A DNA stretch of 64,000 nt. Origin: an uncultured Christensenella sp. (GTDB lineage Bacteria > Bacillota > Clostridia > Christensenellales > UBA1242). Under the pieces are notes generated by a model that was given only the letters and a program-made list of their open reading frames with translations, did no database searches and was not told where the DNA came from. Of the stretch, positions 45,078 to 53,678 are shown in pieces. Positions within the stretch are counted from its first letter, which is position 1, and every line of letters begins with the position of its first letter. Made by a program: the position numbers and the translations under genes. The stretch spans positions 22,742 through 86,741 of the forward strand of contig CAOJZM010000001.1 of NCBI GenBank assembly GCA_948466185.1, given 5' to 3'.

Positions 45078-46602
45078 TTTTCTCCTCCTTGGATTTATTT
45101 TTACCAAAAAAGTGAATAAGCAAACTTTTAATTATCGGATAATTTAAAACTAAATAGGTTATTCCTCCAAGTATAATTGAAACTGCGACAAGAAACAAAG
45201 AAGGCAAATCAAGCGTTTTTAAAATTATAAATACCACCAAGAACATTATAACTGAAGATAGAAGAGGAACAAAAAAATCAAAATAGTTTATCTTAACTAT
45301 AGGCCCCAGTTTCACTAAGGCTAAAATGCAAACAATAAGACTGAGCGCTATATTAGAAAGCGGGATAGCATAAATGTTTACTGCTGGAAGAGCGGCAAGT
45401 AGAAATACAATTATAATCTTTGTTACTCCAGCTATAACACAGAATATAAAAGAGTAGGAAAAATAACCTTTTGCTTGTAACACAGAAAGAAGGAACTGCA
45501 TTATCGCACTTAAAATTACACTGATTCCTCCAACCAAGGTTAACCCTACTGCCTCATCTAAAAATCCATGGATTGCTGTAGGATATATTATTGGGTAAAT
45601 AGCTCTGGCAAGCGCCATTATTCCAAAAACAAAGGGGAGCAGAAAAAACCACATTAATGAAAAGGAAGTTGAAATTGTTTGCTTTTGCTTAGATAAATCT
45701 CCTTTTGAAGATAAAAAAGAAAGTTTTGGAAGCAAAGCCATAGCAACAGATAAAGAAATGATCAATGGGAAATTAAGTATGGCACCAACAACCCCTGTTT
45801 GAAGTCCAAAAAGCGAAGTGGCTTTTTCAGCACTTATACCCGCAAGCGATAACCTCGATACAATCATAACTGAATCAATGGCATGTGCCAACGGGATAAT
45901 TGCTCCACCAAGCGAGAGCGGAATAACCGCCGATAAAAATGGTCTTGCAACTTCTTGAAACCTCTCTCTTGGCAAGCGAACTCGCACAAGCATATATATA
46001 ACAAGGTACCCTGCAGCCAAAATTTCACTTAGCGTGATTCCTAAAAAGGCACCGTAAACACCACGTTCTAAACTCGTACGCCCCAGCCACAGTGCAAAAA
46101 GAAGACCAAAAGCAAATTTTATTATCTGCTCTAAAATCTGACTGATTGCAGTTGGTGTCATGTTTTCATAACCTTGTATTATCCCACGCAACACTCCTAT
46201 AACAGCACCAAGAGGTAAAAGTATAATCAGAAGCCGATATGAAACAAATCCCTCTGGTATCCCTTGCACTGAAGATATATTTCTTGCAAATATAAAAAAG
46301 ATAACGCCTATTAACGCACTAATAACCAAAGTAAACATAAGCGCAAAGCGTAAATAATGCTTTATTTTTGCTTGTTGGCCACTTGCCCTAGCAGAAGAAA
46401 CAAGCTTCGACAGTGATGTTGTAACCCCGCCTGTCACCAAAACCAGCAGAAGTGAATACAGCGACATGACCATTTGAAACACCCCAATCCCTTTGATCCC
46501 TAAGATGTTTGTTAGTGGAAGCCGAAAGAAAGCACCAAAAAGCTTGCAGATAAACCCGCTAATAATAAGGACAAACGCACCCTTAACCGCACCATTTTTC
46601 AT
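45070..46602 (-). CDS. MOP-superfamily flippase (SpoVB/MurJ-like polysaccharide or lipid II flippase)
   Basis: 510 aa, about 14 TM. N-terminus KGAFVLIISGFICKLFGAFFRLPLTNILGIKGIGVFQMV is typical of the SpoVB/putative polysaccharide biosynthesis family. Confidence 0.8.
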   Translation of the reverse strand: MKNGAVKGAFVLIISGFICKLFGAFFRLPLTNILGIKGIGVFQMVMSLYSLLLVLVTGGVTTSLSKLVSSARASGQQAKIKHYLRFALMFTLVISALIGVIFFIFARNISSVQGIPEGFVSYRLLIILLPLGAVIGVLRGIIQGYENMTPTAISQILEQIIKFAFGLLFALWLGRTSLERGVYGAFLGITLSEILAAGYLVIYMLVRVRLPRERFQEVARPFLSAVIPLSLGGAIIPLAHAIDSVMIVSRLSLAGISAEKATSLFGLQTGVVGAILNFPLIISLSVAMALLPKLSFLSSKGDLSKQKQTISTSFSLMWFFLLPFVFGIMALARAIYPIIYPTAIHGFLDEAVGLTLVGGISVILSAIMQFLLSVLQAKGYFSYSFIFCVIAGVTKIIIVFLLAALPAVNIYAIPLSNIALSLIVCILALVKLGPIVKINYFDFFVPLLSSVIMFLVVFIILKTLDLPSLFLVAVSIILGGITYLVLNYPIIKSLLIHFFGKNKSKEEKNE

Positions 46603-46680
46603 ATAATTATGGTGCTAAATTATAATATTTTTATGTAAAAGTGTTAAAACTAAAAATTGAAAAAAATATTAAAAAGGGTA

Positions 46681-46709
46681 TTTACATTTTAAAACATTTA
46701 TGCTATCAT
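46681..46709 (+). promoter_or_regulatory. Putative promoter
   Basis: TTTACA, 17 nt (TGc), TATCAT. It lies over the track's ATG 46700, which argues for the downstream start at 46733. Confidence 0.45.
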
Positions 46710-46732
46710 ATAAGCACAAGGAGCAAAATACT

Positions 46733-47296
46733 ATGGAAAAAAGCCAATATATAATAAGGGATAATCCAGATATGAACAACACTCGTGGTTTTTATCAAAG
46801 GAGTTTGGACATGGTTGCTTTTTACTATTTAGCAACTTTAGCATTGGGAAAAGGTAACCCATATAATTCAGAAGACCAAAATATAATCAACTTTTTTGAA
46901 GGCAAGAAAGATTTTCCAAAAACCTTGCATTCGCAAGATATTCAAAAATACTTAAGAGAAATTTGCAAAAAGTGGAAAAACTTATATCAAAACTCTAATG
47001 CCGTAGCTAAAATTACAACATTTATAAAAAGTCATTGCAAAACCGATTCATACCACAAAGGAAACAATATAAGACCTTTTGATACAATGATGAGTTATTA
47101 TACAAATGATAAAAACCATGAATATATAAGCGTGGAAAAAGTGTTTGAAGATATTTGTTCAGGCAATAAAGAATTGGAAGTTTGTGAAAATTTGGATATT
47201 TTCTTTAAGGATCTTGAAGATAATACTGCAAATTTTGATCCAGATTTCAAAAGTTACTTATCTAAAAAACGTCTTGAAGATGAAAGCGAAAGTTAA
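46733..47296 (+). CDS. Hypothetical protein (187 aa)
   Basis: AAGGAG SD before MEKSQYIIRDNPDMNNTRGFY. No motif recognised. Confidence 0.5.
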   Translation: MEKSQYIIRDNPDMNNTRGFYQRSLDMVAFYYLATLALGKGNPYNSEDQNIINFFEGKKDFPKTLHSQDIQKYLREICKKWKNLYQNSNAVAKITTFIKSHCKTDSYHKGNNIRPFDTMMSYYTNDKNHEYISVEKVFEDICSGNKELEVCENLDIFFKDLEDNTANFDPDFKSYLSKKRLEDESES

Positions 47297-47327
47297 AAAA
47301 ATATGGACTTAAGTCCATATTTTTTAT
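47295..47327. terminator. Bidirectional terminator
   Basis: aaaaaa-ATATGGACTT/AAGTCCATAT-tttttt, a perfect 10-bp palindrome. Confidence 0.8.
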
Positions 47328-48767
47328 TTAGTTTTCGTGATCTTCAAGAATAATTGTGTGTTCCGCACGTATCTCCACCCCACCAACAAGTGTAGGGTTT
47401 CCCTCAGCGATTAACATTTCATCGCTAGGAGTTGGAGGAGGAACAGGCATGTACTCAGTTTCAATTGCTGAATTTTGCTCTAAAGAAACATCCGCCTCTT
47501 CAGCAAATCCATCGGTCGCTGCATTAGGGGACACAAGAGCAAAGAAATTCACAGCCTCTTCATCCGGAGTCTCCTCCGTTGGTTTCTGCTCGTCCGGCTT
47601 TTCAGGTTTTGGAGCTGGCGCAGTTGGTGTTTCGTCATAGATAATTGGAATTTCTTTTTCAGACTTTTTGTCTGATTTTGCCCCTTCAACAATTGTTTTT
47701 ACGCTTGAACCATATGTGCCAGTGGCTTTCTTCTCGTCTTTCTTCTTCTCATCTTTCTTCTTGTCAGCCTTCTTTTTTGGTTTATCTGCTTTCTTCGCTG
47801 GTTTCTTCTTATCGCCGCCACTTTTACCGCCCTTTCCGGCAACCTTTGGCGCGCCACCTCCCGATTCCTGTGCACCTTCTTCTTTTACCACTGCAACAGA
47901 TTTCTTTTTAGACTTAGCTGATTCAAGTTTCCTTATGGAATCTGTATATTCAATACGTGGTTTTTGCAAAACACTCTTAGGCAGTGGTAACTTTTCAAGT
48001 CCGCCTTTTTTCTCAATTATCTCATCCAGTGTCCTATGCAACTTGGTATAGGCACCTTTTTTGTTTACATCAAGTTTACTTGCTTCTGCTTTCTTTTTAT
48101 ATTCTTCAATGATATCCTTTCCAAGTTCTCCACCATTTGAAAGCACTTTAAGCATTCTCATTATGTAAATTTGTGAGCCAAGATCTGAAATCTCATCAAG
48201 CAGCAATTCGTCATCAATTTGCGACTGCATATATGTTGCTAAAAATGGAACATCTGTGTCTTTGATATTTGTAAGTCCATCAACAAGATTAAATGCCTTG
48301 TAAACCTTTTGTTCAAAGGAGGCATCATAAGGAAGAATAACCTTGGCAACAAAACTACGAAGTGCTGTTACAGGAGGATAGTTGTCAACCACCTCATTGA
48401 CATAAAGCGTTGCACTTGCCATCCCATCTTCAAGAAAATCCACTTCTATCGCAAAATTAAAAGTCTTTTTCATATATATAGCCATTGCGATATAGTAACT
48501 TGGGCTTGCATCAGCAACTTCTTTTTGCATTTTAACAAGATCTCGTTTAATTCTATCTTTGAGGTTATAATTGCCACTGTCGCTCACACTACCAAGTAAT
48601 TTATTTCGCAGTATGATTTGTTTTAAATATTCGTGATAATAGTTTATTTCGACTTCGTCAGTTAATACTTTCCTATCACCCCATGTGGTGCAAGTTTTTA
48701 ACTGTGTTTGTTTGACTTGAGCATCAGCAGCAATACCTTCTAGCTGTTTTTTCGTACGTCTAACCAT
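47328..48767 (-). CDS. Hypothetical protein with folded N-terminal ~290 aa and Lys-rich then Pro/Glu-rich low-complexity tail
   Basis: 479 aa. The tail reads ...GGGAPKVAGKGGKSGGDKKKPAKKADKPKKKADKKKDEKKKDEKK...TPTAPAPKPEKPDEQKPTEETPDEE.... No TM segment. Confidence 0.6.
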   Translation of the reverse strand: MVRRTKKQLEGIAADAQVKQTQLKTCTTWGDRKVLTDEVEINYYHEYLKQIILRNKLLGSVSDSGNYNLKDRIKRDLVKMQKEVADASPSYYIAMAIYMKKTFNFAIEVDFLEDGMASATLYVNEVVDNYPPVTALRSFVAKVILPYDASFEQKVYKAFNLVDGLTNIKDTDVPFLATYMQSQIDDELLLDEISDLGSQIYIMRMLKVLSNGGELGKDIIEEYKKKAEASKLDVNKKGAYTKLHRTLDEIIEKKGGLEKLPLPKSVLQKPRIEYTDSIRKLESAKSKKKSVAVVKEEGAQESGGGAPKVAGKGGKSGGDKKKPAKKADKPKKKADKKKDEKKKDEKKATGTYGSSVKTIVEGAKSDKKSEKEIPIIYDETPTAPAPKPEKPDEQKPTEETPDEEAVNFFALVSPNAATDGFAEEADVSLEQNSAIETEYMPVPPPTPSDEMLIAEGNPTLVGGVEIRAEHTIILEDHEN

Positions 48768-48784
48768 AAAATCCTCTTGACAAT

Positions 48785-48813
48785 ATTATACTATATAAAA
48801 AGGATTTTATCAA
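48785..48813 (-). promoter_or_regulatory. Putative promoter of the 479-aa gene
   Basis: Minus strand reads TTGATA, 17 nt, TATAAT. The implied 5' UTR is very short (~11 nt) and contains GAGG. Confidence 0.5.
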
Positions 48814-48943
48814 GCACTTAAAAGTTAATATTCAAATTAAATTTTTAAAATAAAAAAGAGTCATATACTTTTTAAAGCTTAAACCAGCAAAAAAGGATTT
48901 TTCAAAAAAATAATGTATAACTATTAATGAAGGAGGCTTTAAA

Positions 48944-49183
48944 ATGGCAAATATCGTGAAATATAAAAAGGGAAATGGATATAAATTATCCGATAGAACA
49001 GGAAGTCCTGTTAATGTAGAATGTATTTATGAAACCCAGTTTTTACCTGATGAAACAAAAAGGCTGGTTATTAAAACCTATAATCCAAACAGTTTAAATG
49101 GTGGCATTTCCCAAACTATACACTTTACAAAAGAATCTGCAATTGAATTGATTGAAATTTTAAAAAAAGAATTAAACATTTAG
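48944..49183 (+). CDS. Hypothetical small protein (79 aa)
   Basis: GAAGGAGG SD. Terminator-like hairpin downstream at about 49210-49245. Confidence 0.5.
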   Translation: MANIVKYKKGNGYKLSDRTGSPVNVECIYETQFLPDETKRLVIKTYNPNSLNGGISQTIHFTKESAIELIEILKKELNI

Positions 49184-49285
49184 TTTGAGTAAAAAAGCAT
49201 GAATGTAAAAATAAAAACATAGGCAGTTTTTTGTCTATGCTTTTATTTAATTTTTTTTATTTCAAATATACTTATATGAACCCAC

Positions 49286-49594
49286 TTATTTTTCAAGATA
49301 ACTCACACAAAATGGTTTTTCTGTGATCGAGTTTACAGTGATTCCATTCGAAACACAAACGCCATCTTTATTAAACAGACAATGGGCATCGCACAAGATT
49401 TTTAATGTTTTACTGTCTCTCTGAGGGGCATACTCTGGAGGTTTTTCAAACAAATGCTTGGTTGAGTCAACTTCAGGTTCATTTCCCTCCTCAAAGGTAG
49501 AGCATAAAACTTTCTTGTTTACCTGTATCCCTCTAGCTTTACAGGTATATCTATCATTGTATATACATTTCGTCTTACGGCACCTTATATCCAT
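49286..49594 (-). CDS. DUF1540-like Cys-rich protein (two repeats)
   Basis: Start moved to MDIRCRKTKCIYNDRYTCKARGIQV (GGGAGG SD). The second repeat is ILCDAHCLFNKDGVCVSNGITV. The pattern C..T.C.yN....C.A..I.V is as I recall for DUF1540. Confidence 0.6.
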   Translation of the reverse strand: MDIRCRKTKCIYNDRYTCKARGIQVNKKVLCSTFEEGNEPEVDSTKHLFEKPPEYAPQRDSKTLKILCDAHCLFNKDGVCVSNGITVNSITEKPFCVSYLEK

Positions 49595-49676
49595 AGTTTC
49601 CTCCCTAAAAATTATAACCATTCATTTGACATTTTAACCCTTATTAATGTAAAATTTTAAAAAGAGGAGAAAAAGG

Positions 49677-50120
49677 ATGAAGGTTGTTTTACTTAAAGAT
49701 GTAAAAGGTACTGGCAAAAAAGGCGAAATTAAAAATGTTGCCGACGGATATGCCAAAAATTTCCTTTTAAAACAAGGACTTGCAAAGCAGGCAGATAAAT
49801 CAGCGATGGCTGAAAATGAGTTTCAAAAAAACGCAACTGCTTACCATAAAGAGATGGAAAAACAAGAGGCAACTGCCCTTGCAAAAAAAATCGAGGGTAA
49901 AGAAGTAACGCTCAAAATCAAATGCGGTGAAAATGGCAAAACGTTCGGTTCAATAACTGCAAAGGAAATCGCGGACGCACTTAACGCAAATGGATTTAAC
50001 CTAGACAAAAGAAAAATTGAATTAAAAGAGCCTATTAAAACCATTGGGATATATACAATTCTTGCAAAAGTTTATCCTGAAATAAACGCAAAATTTACGT
50101 TAAAGGTTGTTGGTGAATAA
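49677..50120 (+). CDS. rplI: 50S ribosomal protein L9
   Basis: [31 protein letters not shown] is a canonical L9 N-domain. Confidence 0.92.
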   Translation: MKVVLLKDVKGTGKKGEIKNVADGYAKNFLLKQGLAKQADKSAMAENEFQKNATAYHKEMEKQEATALAKKIEGKEVTLKIKCGENGKTFGSITAKEIADALNANGFNLDKRKIELKEPIKTIGIYTILAKVYPEINAKFTLKVVGE

Positions 50121-50122
50121 AA

Positions 50123-51292
50123 ATGAACAAAGATAAAACTTTAAACATAGCTGTATTTACGGATAGTTTTCTTCCTGGCACTGGTGGCACAGAAAACGCC
50201 ATTTTAAACATGTGTAGAGGGTTGGCACAACTAGGCCATCATGTAAAAATATACTGTCCCACTTATCACAATCCTGAGGAAAATAACTTTAAGGAATTTG
50301 AAGTTTTTAGAGTGCCAAGTATGAAACTGTCATCGAACGATATGATGGCTATGCCTTCTCGCTGCAAAAAGAGGCTTATTAAAGATGTCGAAGAATTTAA
50401 CCCTGATATCATACACTACTGCACTGCTTCAGGCATGGCAAAAACAGCTTTAAAAATTGGCAAAAAACTTAAAAAGCCAGTGGTTGCAACCATGCACACC
50501 AAATTTAAAGAGGCATTTTACTGTAGTTCAAAAAGCAAATTGATTACATATGCAATGATCAAAACTTTGGCTCATAGATTAAACAAAACGACCTGTGGAG
50601 TAACAACTGTTTCCAATGATATGGCAGAGCAGTTAAAGCTTTACGGTTATAAAAAGCAGCCAATTGTTATAAGAAATGGTGCTCCTTTCCTTGAAAAACA
50701 TCAGGTGACTGAAAATGTTAACAAAGATGATGTTTTTACCTTCCTTTTTTGTGGACATATCAGCAAGCTTAAAAACATTCACTTTTCAATAAAGTGTCTC
50801 AGCAAACTTAAAAATAATTACGGTTTTGACAAGTTCAGATTTGTTTTAATTGGTGGTGGCGATTACAAAAAACAGCTTCAAAAACTTGCTAGAAAACTCG
50901 GCATTCAAGACAAACTCGAATTTAAGGGGCTTGTGAGAGATAAGGCACTGCTTAGCAAATTATACAGCGAAGGCAATCTATTCTTACTACCTTCCCCATT
51001 TGATAATGACCCTCTTGTTGTGATTGAGGCTGCAAAAAATGAAGTACCTACCCTTGCATTACACAACTATGGATGTGGCGAACGAATCACCGATAATGTC
51101 AACGGCTATCTTGCAAACTATAATGAAGCAGACTATACAAAACGAATCTGGGAGATAATTCAGAATAAAGAACTTTACGCTAAAGTTAAAAAGAATGCAT
51201 CCAACCTTCAAGGTCTGTCATGGAAAGAAATCGCAAAGCAATATTGCCAATTGTATAATTCCGCAATAAAAAATTTTAAAAATACACATTAA
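50123..51292 (+). CDS. Family-4 (GT-B) glycosyltransferase
   Basis: NIAVFTDSFLPGTGGTENA N-terminus and a C-terminal E-x7-E region (VVIEAAKNEVPTLA). Confidence 0.8.
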   Translation: MNKDKTLNIAVFTDSFLPGTGGTENAILNMCRGLAQLGHHVKIYCPTYHNPEENNFKEFEVFRVPSMKLSSNDMMAMPSRCKKRLIKDVEEFNPDIIHYCTASGMAKTALKIGKKLKKPVVATMHTKFKEAFYCSSKSKLITYAMIKTLAHRLNKTTCGVTTVSNDMAEQLKLYGYKKQPIVIRNGAPFLEKHQVTENVNKDDVFTFLFCGHISKLKNIHFSIKCLSKLKNNYGFDKFRFVLIGGGDYKKQLQKLARKLGIQDKLEFKGLVRDKALLSKLYSEGNLFLLPSPFDNDPLVVIEAAKNEVPTLALHNYGCGERITDNVNGYLANYNEADYTKRIWEIIQNKELYAKVKKNASNLQGLSWKEIAKQYCQLYNSAIKNFKNTH

Positions 51293-51342
51293 GCATTTAG
51301 CAAAGTTTGTGAATTTACTCTAAATATGAAAGAAGGAAAATT

Positions 51343-52467
51343 ATGAAGGCACTTATGTTTACAATGACCTGTGGCGAAGGACACAATATGATAGCTAAAG
51401 CTTTATCTGATCAATTTGAAGAGAGAGGCATTCAAACAAAAACGGTTCAACTTCTTGGTCACAATGAAAAATCAATGAATAGAGAAAATAAAATGTTTCT
51501 GTGGACTTGTAAACATATTCCACATATCTATGACTTTATATGGAGAAAGCTCTGCAAAAGTAACAGAAAAACCATCTCAAATATATTTAAACAAGCAATT
51601 CCATATATGGCAGAAAATATTGAGGCTTTTAAACCTGATATAATCATTTGTACTCACCTTTATGCAAGCAATAATTTAACATATATGAAAAAACACAATA
51701 TGATTGATAAAAAAATCATTATTGGTACAATAATGCATGACTACTGTCTTTGTCCGTACTGGCAACTTTCAACTGGTGTAGATTATATATTCCAACCTTA
51801 CACAAACACAACTCAAGCCTTGATTAACAAAGGATTTCACGCAGAGCAAATTAAAACTTTCGGGCTTCCTATCAGAATTGACCGTAAAAATAAAAATCTT
51901 TTAAGTAACCCGGACAATAACCTACAAAAACTAAAAAGTTCAAACAAGTTTAAGGTGTTAATTATTGCAGGTGGAAATGGGCTTGGCAATACGCTTAAAC
52001 TTTTGGAAAGTATCCTTAATAAAAATTTAGATGTTGAAATTATCATAATTAATGGCAAAAACAAGAAAAATTACAATAAAATACAGCAATATATTGAAAA
52101 ACAAGGCGTTTTAAATGTTGTCAACTTAGGATTTGTGGATAATATACTGGATTATATGTCCTGTGCTGACACAATTATCACACGTTGCGGGGCTAGTACT
52201 ATAAGTGAAATATTTACAAAAGGTAAACCTTTTATAGCCCGTGAAAAAATGATTTTAAATGAAAAAATAACCAAAAAGATGTTTATGGACAACGGATGTG
52301 CATTAGGTCTTAACAAAGTCACCGACGCAGGTGACAGGGTTGAAAAACTGATGAATAACCCTGAGCTTTACAAATCAATGGCTGAAAATGTTAAGGAATT
52401 TTCAAGACCAAATGCAGCCAGCGACATCGTGGAATTCCTAATTAAAGAATGTGAAAAAAGAAAATAA
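51343..52467 (+). CDS. Diacylglycerol glycosyltransferase (MGDG-synthase/UgtP-like, GT28)
   Basis: N-terminal GEGHNMIAKAL and C-terminal ITRCGASTISE, typical of the MGDG synthase/UgtP family. Confidence 0.75.
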   Translation: MKALMFTMTCGEGHNMIAKALSDQFEERGIQTKTVQLLGHNEKSMNRENKMFLWTCKHIPHIYDFIWRKLCKSNRKTISNIFKQAIPYMAENIEAFKPDIIICTHLYASNNLTYMKKHNMIDKKIIIGTIMHDYCLCPYWQLSTGVDYIFQPYTNTTQALINKGFHAEQIKTFGLPIRIDRKNKNLLSNPDNNLQKLKSSNKFKVLIIAGGNGLGNTLKLLESILNKNLDVEIIIINGKNKKNYNKIQQYIEKQGVLNVVNLGFVDNILDYMSCADTIITRCGASTISEIFTKGKPFIAREKMILNEKITKKMFMDNGCALGLNKVTDAGDRVEKLMNNPELYKSMAENVKEFSRPNAASDIVEFLIKECEKRK

Positions 52468-52492
52468 AAAAGCGGCTTTTGTGCCACTTTTT
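52468..52492 (-). terminator. prfA terminator (about 100 nt after the stop)
   Basis: Minus-strand RNA is GUGGC-ACAAAA-GCCGC (one U.G pair) followed by UUUUUUAUUUU. It pairs well only on the minus strand. Confidence 0.5.
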
Positions 52493-52592
52493 ATTTATAT
52501 ATTTTTTAAAAAAATCAACTTTTAATTCAGGCGGATAGATTTCGAAATATCCGAGTTTGTCCGCATTTTTCGAGATAGTGTCGCCCCTATAT

Positions 52593-53678
52593 TTACGCAT
52601 TGGAAAGTTTTTCTGCCCTATCTTTGACGATAAGTGCTTCAATAAATTGATCTATATCTCCGTTTAAAACCCCCTCCAAGTTATATGAGGTCACATTTAC
52701 ACGGTGGTCGGTGACACGTCCCTGTGGATAGTTGTAGGTACGCACCCTCTCACTCCTATCCCCAGTGCCCACCTGACTTTTCCTGTTTTCTTTATATTCA
52801 TCATCACGTTGTTGTTTGTATAAATCATACAGTTTTGATTTCAGAATCGACATTGCACGTTCTTTATTTTTAATCTGAGAACGCTCATCTTGACAAGCAA
52901 CAACAAGCCCTGTTGGATTGTGTGTAATTCTTATTGCCGATTCTGTTTTATTGATATGTTGACCGCCTGCACCAGATGCTCGATATGTATCAATACTCAA
53001 ATCCGATTCATTAATCTCCACATCCACATCTTCAACCTCTGGAAGCACGGCCACTGTGGCGGTTGAAGTGTGAATACGTCCCTGCGACTCGGTTTCAGGC
53101 ACGCGTTGAACTCTATGTACCCCGCTCTCAAATTTAAGCCTACTATATGCACCCTTTCCCTTGACCATAAACGTTACTTCCTTTATTCCGCCAAGTTCAG
53201 TTTCATTTAAATCTGTGATTTCCACCTTCCAACGCTTGCTTTCTGCATAATACTGATACATCCTCATAAGCACACTGGCAAAAAGAGCAGACTCTTCTCC
53301 GCCTGCAGCAGAGCGTATTTCAATAATAACATTATTATCATCATTTTCATCTTTTGGGAGTAGAAGAATTTTAACCTCTTCAACTTTCTCTTCAATTCTA
53401 TGTTTTAAATCACCGATTTCTTCATAGAACATGTTTTTAAGTTCGCTGTCTGTTTCATTTTCATAATCATGTTGAGCGGATTCATAATCCTTAACAAGTT
53501 TGCAAAGCTCGTCATGAGCAGCGGCAATGTCTTCCAAGTTTGAGCGTTCCTTAACTAATACTTTCCATTGTTTATTGTCAGCAATAATCTCTGGTTTTGA
53601 AATCAAGATTGTTAGTTCCTCAAATCTATCTTTTACCTTTTGTGTTTTTGCTAATATGTCATTTGCTATATTTTCCAT
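52593..53678 (-). CDS. prfA: Peptide chain release factor 1
   Basis: PET tripeptide region RVQRVPETESQGRIHTS and GGQ motif SGAGGQHINKTESA. Confidence 0.95.
   Translation of the reverse strand: MENIANDILAKTQKVKDRFEELTILISKPEIIADNKQWKVLVKERSNLEDIAAAHDELCKLVKDYESAQHDYENETDSELKNMFYEEIGDLKHRIEEKVEEVKILLLPKDENDDNNVIIEIRSAAGGEESALFASVLMRMYQYYAESKRWKVEITDLNETELGGIKEVTFMVKGKGAYSRLKFESGVHRVQRVPETESQGRIHTSTATVAVLPEVEDVDVEINESDLSIDTYRASGAGGQHINKTESAIRITHNPTGLVVACQDERSQIKNKERAMSILKSKLYDLYKQQRDDEYKENRKSQVGTGDRSERVRTYNYPQGRVTDHRVNVTSYNLEGVLNGDIDQFIEALIVKDRAEKLSNA

Noticed and set aside
47356-48051. Several plus-strand ORFs (94, 88, 127 aa) rich in F/S/L
   Set aside because: They are antisense images of the Lys/Glu-rich low-complexity region of the 479-aa gene. 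No SD or promoter was seen.
52442-52642. 66-aa minus-strand ORF overlapping the prfA 3' end and running through the prfA terminator into the GT28 gene
   Set aside because: It has no SD, overlaps two solid genes and a terminator hairpin, and its composition is dominated by poly-U-derived Phe codons.
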